This document shows positions 31,183 to 37,177 of a DNA stretch of 37,177 bases, piece by piece. The stretch is from Candidatus Kaiserbacteria bacterium RIFCSPHIGHO2_01_FULL_58_22 (lineage in GTDB: Bacteria > Patescibacteriota > Minisyncoccia > Phycocordibacterales > UBA2100), in contig MFLB01000039.1 in assembly GCA_001781445.1 (NCBI GenBank), positions 1 to 37,177 on the forward strand, in the 5' to 3' direction. Numbering within the stretch: the stretch's first letter is position 1; the number at the start of each line of letters is the position of its first letter. The notes beneath the pieces were generated by a model. It searched no databases. It was not told where the DNA came from and worked only from the letters and a program-made list of their open reading frames with translations. A program made the translations under genes and the position numbers.

Positions 31183-31617
31183 CTACAGTGCTCCGATCTC
31201 GCCGAGTTTTTCCGCCAATGCATCGGCCCGTTTCTCGATGCGGGTCTTGTACGCGCGCCAGCGTTCCCTCTCCCACACTTCGATCCGATCCGAGACTCCG
31301 GCGAATATCACGTGTTTCTTCAGGCCCGCGAACGCTTTCTGGTGTTCGGGGATGAGTATTCTTCCCGCCCCGTCAACTTCGACTTCGGCCGCGCCCGATA
31401 GCATGAATCGCGCGAAGCCACGCGTATCCGCCTGAACGAACGAGAGCGATTGCAGTTTTCCGGCGACGTTCTCCCAGGAGCTACGGGAATAGACGAAGAG
31501 GCAGTTGTCGAGCCCCCGCGTCATGACCACTTTCTTCCCGAGAGCCGCTCTAAAGGCCTTCGGGAGGGAGACGCGCTTCTTCTCGTCCAAGCTGTGTTCG
31601 TACTCGCCGATAAACAT
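31183..31617 (-). CDS. mraZ: Division/cell wall cluster transcriptional repressor
   Basis: MFIGEY.H.LD.K.R..LP, D..GRILIP, G..DRIE.W. Confidence 0.96.
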   Translation of the reverse strand: MFIGEYEHSLDEKKRVSLPKAFRAALGKKVVMTRGLDNCLFVYSRSSWENVAGKLQSLSFVQADTRGFARFMLSGAAEVEVDGAGRILIPEHQKAFAGLKKHVIFAGVSDRIEVWERERWRAYKTRIEKRADALAEKLGEIGAL

Positions 31618-31626
31618 ACGTTCTTC

Positions 31627-31671
31627 TGCACCGTTTCCCACTATTTCCCACTAATAAGGAGTATATACCAC
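31627..31671 (-). promoter_or_regulatory. MraZ binding repeats (GTGGG at 10-bp spacing)
   Basis: GTGGG at 31651-31647 and 31641-31637; variants at 31631-31627 and 31671-31667. Confidence 0.7.
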
Positions 31672-31691
31672 TATACACGCCCGCAAGCCAG

Positions 31692-31700
31692 TTATCCACA
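31692..31700 (+). promoter_or_regulatory. Consensus DnaA box
   Basis: TTATCCACA upstream of the mraZ promoter. Confidence 0.5.
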
Positions 31701-31852
31701 CTGCTTCGCTCGAGCTTCTGTGAGAGCGTTGCAGTGTGTCCTGCGCAACCTTGGCGAAGCAGGACTCGTCAAATACGCCTTGGAGCTACGCAGTGCAGGC
31801 ATAATCTGGGACGGGCTAGAAAATAGCCCCAAAATACGGTAATATCAGGCAA

Positions 31853-33442
31853 ATGCTCCGCATCTTCAAAAACGCGACATCAGAAGCGCTCGAAGAGATC
31901 GCCGAGGAGATGCGCGTGCGGAAAGCCTCGAAGTTCGTACTGCTCTTCTCGATGGGCTCGCAGTTCGACCACCTCATCGTCCAACAGCTCGCGAAGCTCG
32001 GCGTCTTCTGCGTCGTCGCCGATCCCGCGACCGTCAAAGCCGACGACGTCGAAAAAGCGAGACCGGCGGGGGTCATTCTTTCGGGAGGCCCCGCGTCCGT
32101 GGAGACGGAGCCGCCGCCTTTTGATGAGAAGATATTCGACCTCGGCATTCCCACGCTCGGCATTTGTCTTGGATTCCAAATGTGGGCGAAACATATCGGA
32201 GCAAAGGTGCCGCCGTCCGAGAAACGAGAGTTCGGCATTCATACATTCACACGCACCGGAGACGACCCGCTTTTCGAGGGAGTGGCCGAGCACACGCAGG
32301 TGCTACAAAGCCACGGTGACACGATCCTTCCCGGCTCCGAGATCACCGTCCTCGGCACGACGGACAATTCTCCGATCGCCGCCGGACACTATAAACATCT
32401 CCGGGGCGTGCAGTTCCATCCGGAAGTCTCGGACACGCTCGAGGGCGCGAAGATGTACGAAAATTTTTGCGTGAAGATATGCGGGATACGCGACCGCTTC
32501 CCCGCTCACGATGTCGCGAAGCAAAAGGTGATGGAATTAAAAAAGCTCGTCCTCGGCAAGCGTGTTCTCATCGCGCTCTCCGGCGGCTCCGATTCGTCTG
32601 TCGTCGCATATCTCTTAAAAGAAGCGGGTGCCAAACTCAAAGGTATTTACATACGCGGGATAGATCGCCCGGACGACGAGGCGTACGTGAAAAAATATTT
32701 CGGGAATGAAGATTGGATAGAGCTTGAAATTGTCGACGCGACGCAGGAATTTCTGAAAGCGCTCAAAGGCAAGTTCTCGATGCGCGAGAAGCGCCTCGCG
32801 ATGCGCGGCGTGTACAAAGACGTGCTCGAGAAGGAGATAACAAAGTTCAAAGCCGACTATATCGCGCAGGGAACGCTCTACACCGACGTACGCGAGAGCG
32901 GCCATGGACATGCGACAGGCGCGCGCGTCGCGGAGATAAAAGTGCATCACAATGTGAAACTCGGATTTTCTGTGCCGGAGATCGCCCCGCTTGAAGATCA
33001 GGTCAAGGACTCCGCGCGCGGCATCGGACGCGACATCGGCGTGCCTGAAGATCTACTCGTGCGTCATCCCTTCCCCGGCCCCGGCCTCGTGGTGCGCATC
33101 GAGGGAGAAGTAACGGCGGAGAAACTTAAAACCGCGCGCGTCGCAGACGGCATCTTCATCGATGAACTGCGCGCGGCGAAACTGTACGAAACCGTCTGGC
33201 AAGCGGGCGCGGTCGTCACCTCCTCGGAGCACGTGGGCACCAAGGGCGACGACGTCGCGCTCGGGCACGTCGTCGCGCTCTGGGCCGTCTGGAGCGTGAA
33301 CGGCTTCACGGCGCGCTTCGCCAAACTCCCCTACGAATTCCTGGACAGGGTTTCCCGTCGGATAACGAACGAGGTGCGCGAAGTCGGCGCGGTCGTGTAT
33401 CGCATTTCCGACAAACCCCCCGCCACCATCGAATGGGGCTAA
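31853..33442 (+). CDS. guaA: GMP synthase (glutamine-hydrolysing)
   Basis: LSGGP.SV, GICLG, QFHPE, SGG.DS, QGTLYTD, HPFPGPGL, KPPATIEW. Confidence 0.96.
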   Translation: MLRIFKNATSEALEEIAEEMRVRKASKFVLLFSMGSQFDHLIVQQLAKLGVFCVVADPATVKADDVEKARPAGVILSGGPASVETEPPPFDEKIFDLGIPTLGICLGFQMWAKHIGAKVPPSEKREFGIHTFTRTGDDPLFEGVAEHTQVLQSHGDTILPGSEITVLGTTDNSPIAAGHYKHLRGVQFHPEVSDTLEGAKMYENFCVKICGIRDRFPAHDVAKQKVMELKKLVLGKRVLIALSGGSDSSVVAYLLKEAGAKLKGIYIRGIDRPDDEAYVKKYFGNEDWIELEIVDATQEFLKALKGKFSMREKRLAMRGVYKDVLEKEITKFKADYIAQGTLYTDVRESGHGHATGARVAEIKVHHNVKLGFSVPEIAPLEDQVKDSARGIGRDIGVPEDLLVRHPFPGPGLVVRIEGEVTAEKLKTARVADGIFIDELRAAKLYETVWQAGAVVTSSEHVGTKGDDVALGHVVALWAVWSVNGFTARFAKLPYEFLDRVSRRITNEVREVGAVVYRISDKPPATIEWG

Positions 33443-33443
33443 T

Positions 33444-34196
33444 CTACGAGGCGTCGCCTCGTGGGGTTACATGATATAGTTGCGATATGGCGTATAGGCG
33501 TGTCCCTTTTCAACTTGATGAGTGGTTCCATTGTTATAACCGAGGCATTGATAAGCGCACGGTATTCGAGTCAGAAGATGACTCAGAGCGTTTTCTTAAG
33601 CTGCTCTATCTTGCAAATTCGGAAGCGAATCTTCATCTGGCCGATATTTCAGATAAAACTGACGCTATCATGACGCGCCAACGGAAAGGAGTTCTCGTTT
33701 CTATCGGCGCGTACTGTCTGATGCCAAACCACTTTCATTTGCTGCTGAAAGAGGTCGTCGAGGGCGGGATCATAAGATTCATGCAAAAGCTCGGGACCGC
33801 CTATGCTATGTATTTCAATACGAAGAATGAGCGATCGGGAAACTTGTTCTTGAAGCCGTTCCGATCGCGACATGTTGGCGATGATCGCTACTTTCAGCGC
33901 GTCGTAGATTACATCCACTGCAACCCGGCAGAACGATTCGAGCCGGGATGGAAAAGAGGCACTGTTCGCAACATGAATCGTCTTGAGCGGCAGCTCCGTG
34001 ACTACCGCTATTCGAGCTTTCCCGACTATGCCCGCGAACGCCGTGCCATCGCCGCAATTTTATCGGACGACGGCTTCAAAGTGTATCGAGATCGCGGACA
34101 GCGAAGAATGCTCGACGACGCCCGTGCCTACTACGCGGACATCGACTTGGATGACCGTGGCCTGCACTCCTGACCCGCAAGGCGACGCCTCGTGGG
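33444..34196. repeat. Pair of REP-like palindromes bracketing the RAYT gene (33444-33464 and 34174-34196)
   Basis: CTACGAGGCG-T-CGCCTCGTGG and CCCGCAAGGCG-A-CGCCTCGTGGG. Confidence 0.8.
33487..34173 (+). CDS. REP-associated tyrosine transposase (RAYT, IS200-like HUH)
   Basis: H.YNRG, AYCLMPNHFHLL (HUH), YFN.K..R.G.LF, YIH.NP, YRYSS. Confidence 0.9.
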   Translation: MAYRRVPFQLDEWFHCYNRGIDKRTVFESEDDSERFLKLLYLANSEANLHLADISDKTDAIMTRQRKGVLVSIGAYCLMPNHFHLLLKEVVEGGIIRFMQKLGTAYAMYFNTKNERSGNLFLKPFRSRHVGDDRYFQRVVDYIHCNPAERFEPGWKRGTVRNMNRLERQLRDYRYSSFPDYARERRAIAAILSDDGFKVYRDRGQRRMLDDARAYYADIDLDDRGLHS

Positions 34197-34318
34197 TTTT
34201 CACGGAGTGGTACACTTGGCGCAAATGAGTAAACTCTCGTGGACGCTCCTCTTGGTCACATCGATGGCTGGCATCGCAAGTATCTATTCGTGACGATCTG
34301 CGCGTGCGCGCACCGATC

Positions 34319-34597
34319 TCAAGCGGCTACAACAAACGGCGTGACGAGCCTATTAACGGCGACGCGCAATTTTTCGAGCGTACCGTCGGCGCGCGCGTAT
34401 TCTACGGCGCGCAGAAGAAGGAGTCCCTCTTCATATGCTTCGGGGCGGTTTGCCGTGCGCAATGCTTCAAGCGTTTTTTGCGCGCGGCCGATCGAAGATT
34501 CATATCGCGCGCGGTCTCCCGCTTCGGCCGCGACGATGCACCGGAGCACGTCGGCTCCGAGATTGGCGAAGTAGAACCGGGCGTTTTTGCCGCTCAT
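34319..34597 (-). CDS. Small helical hypothetical protein, partner of the DUF5674-like gene
   Basis: ANLGADV.R motif; ATGA overlap with the upstream gene. Confidence 0.7.
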   Translation of the reverse strand: MSGKNARFYFANLGADVLRCIVAAEAGDRARYESSIGRAQKTLEALRTANRPEAYEEGLLLLRAVEYARADGTLEKLRVAVNRLVTPFVVAA

Positions 34598-34950
34598 ACG
34601 AACAAATCCGGCAGTACCCGCTCCAGAATGCCGCGGATGTTGTCTCTAACGCCCGTATCCGTTATCTCCATTTCCCGATTTCCTTGCGCCGGGCGGATGT
34701 TGATGAGCGAGACATATTCGACGGCGTCGTCTCCGCGCTTATCGGGATAGAGGTTGAATCCCCAGACGCTCCTCTGCTCTGAACCGTCGGCGATGAGGAT
34801 GTTGTTCGCATCCACATGCCACTCCCCTCCGAGTGCGATAATTTCGCGCTCGATATCGGCGACTCCTTTCACCATGTCGCGGTACATTTCTTTTGCGAGT
34901 TCCCTGACTTCTTCGACGGATATCGGTTCTTTGACGATTTTTATGTTCAT
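34594..34950 (-). CDS. DUF5674-like protein
   Basis: MVKGV.DIE......GGEWH.D....L..DGS.Q..VWGFN, SLINIRP.QGN; TATAAT 6 nt upstream. Confidence 0.75.
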   Translation of the reverse strand: MNIKIVKEPISVEEVRELAKEMYRDMVKGVADIEREIIALGGEWHVDANNILIADGSEQRSVWGFNLYPDKRGDDAVEYVSLINIRPAQGNREMEITDTGVRDNIRGILERVLPDLFV

Positions 34951-34988
34951 GGGAGTATTATAGCCCCTCGACTTCGTTCAGTGCACTA

Positions 34989-36087
34989 CTGATATTCACA
35001 CATCTCCCTCCACATAGTTCGCAGGTTTGATACCATGGGGACATGAGTACCCCCCACCCCAACCGGGCTCTGTCTGTCCAGGAGCTCGAAGACCGCCGGA
35101 AGGCGGCAGGCCGATTATTCGACAAAGGAAAGACGGCGTACTTCGTCGCGAAGCGCTTCGCCGTCTCAACCGCGACCGCGCGCGAATGGAAAGAACGCTG
35201 GGCGAGGGGGACGCTCGCGGCACAACCGCAGGGTCCTCACTCGAAACTCACGAAGGCGCAAGAAAAGGAGATCGTTTCCGCGATCCTCGCGGGACCGGAG
35301 AAGGCCGGATACCGAACCCAGCTCTGGACGCTCTCGCGCATCACCGAGCTCATCAGAAAGACGCAGGCCGTGTCGTACAAGCCGCGCTCCGCGTGGCATC
35401 TCCTCCGACGTCTTGGGTTTTCCTGTCAGCGTCCCGAGCGAAGAGTGAGGTAGCGCGACGAGGAGGCGATCACACGCTGGACAAAGACGGAGTGGCCGAA
35501 ACTCCGAAAAAGGGGGCGCTCCTTCGCGTGACCTTCTGTTTCCTTGACGAATCGGGGTACTCGGAACGTCCGACAGTCCGAAGCACGTGGGGGAGGAAAG
35601 GAGAGACACCCATCATTCGGTCGACCGGATCGTGGAAGAGCATCTCGGCGACCGGCATCATCGCGACCGATGTTGCCCTGAGGCGCGTGCGCGAACTATG
35701 CACGTTCAAAAAAGGTTCGGTGCGCAAAGAAGACACCGTGAATACGCTCAAGCATCTTCTGCGACACGTGAAGGGTCGGATCGCGCTCTTTTGGGACGGT
35801 CTCGCGCAGCACGGAGCGAGAAGTGTCCGCGAGTACCTCGCCGGACACCGCGACCGCTTCGTCATGGTCGAGCGCTTCCCCGCCTACGCGCCAGAGCTCA
35901 ATCCCCAGGAGTACCTCTGGTCGTCGTCGAAAACGAAAGACATGGCGAACTACTGCCCGGAGAAGCCGGACGATCTCGCGCAAAAAGCGCGTATGAGCCT
36001 CAGGCGCATCCAACGCCGTCCCGACATTCTGCGGGGTGCGCTCAAGAAGTCAGGATTATTTGGAGGAGGGAGTTAAGTGAAGCTCAG
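34989..36087 (+). mobile_element. IS630 family insertion sequence with TA target duplication
   Basis: TIRs CTGA..TTCAC....CTCCCTCC at both ends; TA at 34987-34988 and 36088-36089. Confidence 0.9.
35043..36076 (+). pseudogene. IS630 transposase (HTH orfA plus DDE orfB across an A5G5 frameshift), with premature TAG
   Basis: orfA WTLSRI...LRRLGFS.QRP is interrupted by TAG 35451-35453 and continues RDEEAI.RW; AAAAAGGGGG at 35507-35516; orfB FLDES, WDG..QH, PAYAPELNP.E. Confidence 0.85.
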
Positions 36088-36145
36088 TAGATTCGCCTTG
36101 GGTGGCTTGCCGAGAGTGAGCCCAAGTTTATCGCGGGCGAATCGA

Positions 36146-36314
36146 GTGGACCCGAGGGGTTTCGGTCACAGCTCTCGCTTTGCTCGGCCGCGACCCCGCC
36201 TCGCCGACAAGCATTCGCTTCGCTCATCTTGTATACCGGCTCCGGCCTTCGAAACCCCTCGTGCCCTACAAAAATATAGTCGCCCATTGCTCCGCAATGT
36301 TCTCCTGATTTTTG
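36146..36314 (-). repeat. tRNA-Ala-linked structured element ending in a direct copy of the tRNA 3' end
   Basis: 36146-36164 equals 36314-36332; inverted T-arm copy at 36248-36261. Confidence 0.75.
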
Positions 36315-36387
36315 TGGACCCGAGGGGTTTCGAACCCCTTGCCTCGTCTATGCCATAGACGCGCTCTACCAATTGAGCTACGGGCCC
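36315..36387 (-). tRNA. tRNA-Ala(GGC)
   Basis: Acceptor GGGCCCG/CGGGTCC with G3:U70, anticodon loop ATGGCAT, T arm AGGGG-TTCGAAA-CCCCT. Confidence 0.96.
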
Positions 36388-36549
36388 GGAATCTTGCCGA
36401 GACAAAAAGATAGTACATTCTTTGCCTCTCTCTGGCTATATCTCTACGATGCATCTCTACGATGCATATCCGAGCATAGTGGTATTATGACGCATGACCA
36501 TTTATATCGGCGCAAAAGGGGCGATGTCCCCTTTTGTCGAATAGGCGTC

Positions 36550-37068
36550 ATGGATATCGAAGTCGCACAGGCAGGATGGAGGGATTTCCCGGTGCTCTGG
36601 AGCTTGCAAAAAAAGATCCTCCGCGAGGCGGAGCACCTGGTCGCGACCGGCGAGGAGCGGAAGGAGCCCTTTGCATACGCGCTCGCAAAAGCCTTCCTGC
36701 ACCGCAAGCGCGTCCACACGTTCCTCGCGCTGGAGGGAGGAGAGATGGTCGGCTATATCACGCTCGTCTCGGGAAAATTCAAGAAAATAAGGGATACCGT
36801 CTACATCGTCGTCGGGGTCCGCGCATCGCACCGCGGGCGCGGCATCGGGACGAAGCTCCTCGCACGCGCGGAAGAGTTCGCGCGCGAGCGCGGGATGCAC
36901 CGCATGGAACTCGAAGTCTCGGATAAAAACGAGTATGCGATACGGCTGTATGAGCGGCTTGGCTACGCGGCGGAAGGCCGCCGCCGCGAGGCGACCAAGA
37001 CCTCGGGCGGGTACAACGACATCATCTGGATGGGAAAACTCCTTTCGAATGGCGGAGGACGAGTGTAA
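36550..37068 (+). CDS. GNAT family N-acetyltransferase
   Basis: V.ASHRGRGIGTKLL (acetyl-CoA binding), N.YAIRLYERLGY..EG. Confidence 0.9.
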   Translation: MDIEVAQAGWRDFPVLWSLQKKILREAEHLVATGEERKEPFAYALAKAFLHRKRVHTFLALEGGEMVGYITLVSGKFKKIRDTVYIVVGVRASHRGRGIGTKLLARAEEFARERGMHRMELEVSDKNEYAIRLYERLGYAAEGRRREATKTSGGYNDIIWMGKLLSNGGGRV

Positions 37069-37080
37069 ACTACCAACTCA

Positions 37081-37152
37081 CCCCGCGTCGTTCAACGGAT
37101 AGGACGCGAGCTTCCGGAGCTCGTAATGTGGGTTCGATTCCTGCCGCGGGGA
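37081..37152 (+). tRNA. tRNA-Arg(CCG)
   Basis: Acceptor CCCCGCG/CGCGGGG, anticodon arm CGAGC-TTCCGGA-GCTCG, GGTTCGATTCC T loop. Confidence 0.95.
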
Positions 37153-37177
37153 CCGATTATTCCGTTTCAAAAAGCTC

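Noticed and set aside
35451..35453. Amber readthrough or alternative genetic code
   Set aside because: TAG and TGA both terminate conserved genes here (atpF, atpB, ahcY, atpG); a point mutation is simpler
36440..36467. 13-nt tandem duplication ATCTCTACGATGC x2
   Set aside because: Only two copies with no context; likely a local slippage event

Overview
Most of this window looks like chromosome from a Patescibacteria (CPR, Parcubacteria-like) bacterium. This is inferred from the gene content and repeat style; the genetic code is standard code 11. Housekeeping genes include leuS, ychF, an F1Fo ATP synthase operon split between atpG and atpD, ahcY with a PfkB kinase, a dcw cluster (mraZ-rsmH-ftsL-like-ftsI-murF), guaA and three tRNAs (Glu-CTC, Ala-GGC, Arg-CCG). 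Accessory elements include hicBA, an ArsR-type HTH gene, an AbrB-type gene, a PaaX/Cas2-fold gene, a REP-associated tyrosine transposase (RAYT), an inactivated IS630, MITE-like elements, REP-like hairpins and heptamer arrays. Six observations stand out. (1) A complete 1:2/2:3/3:4 attenuator with a CGA-Arg leader peptide lies upstream of argC. (2) Single small genes are bracketed by their own pair of ~35-bp palindromes, and one such unit ends exactly where a GIY-YIG gene is truncated. (3) A shared structured element follows two different tRNAs and carries both inverted and direct copies of the tRNA 3' end. (4) LeuRS carries an alpha/beta-hydrolase and a Nudix domain inserted in or beside its editing region. 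(5) REP-like palindromes sit in-frame inside housekeeping genes. (6) A -10 box lies 6-8 nt before most start codons, implying leaderless mRNAs. All calls come from reading the sequence by eye; no database searches were run.
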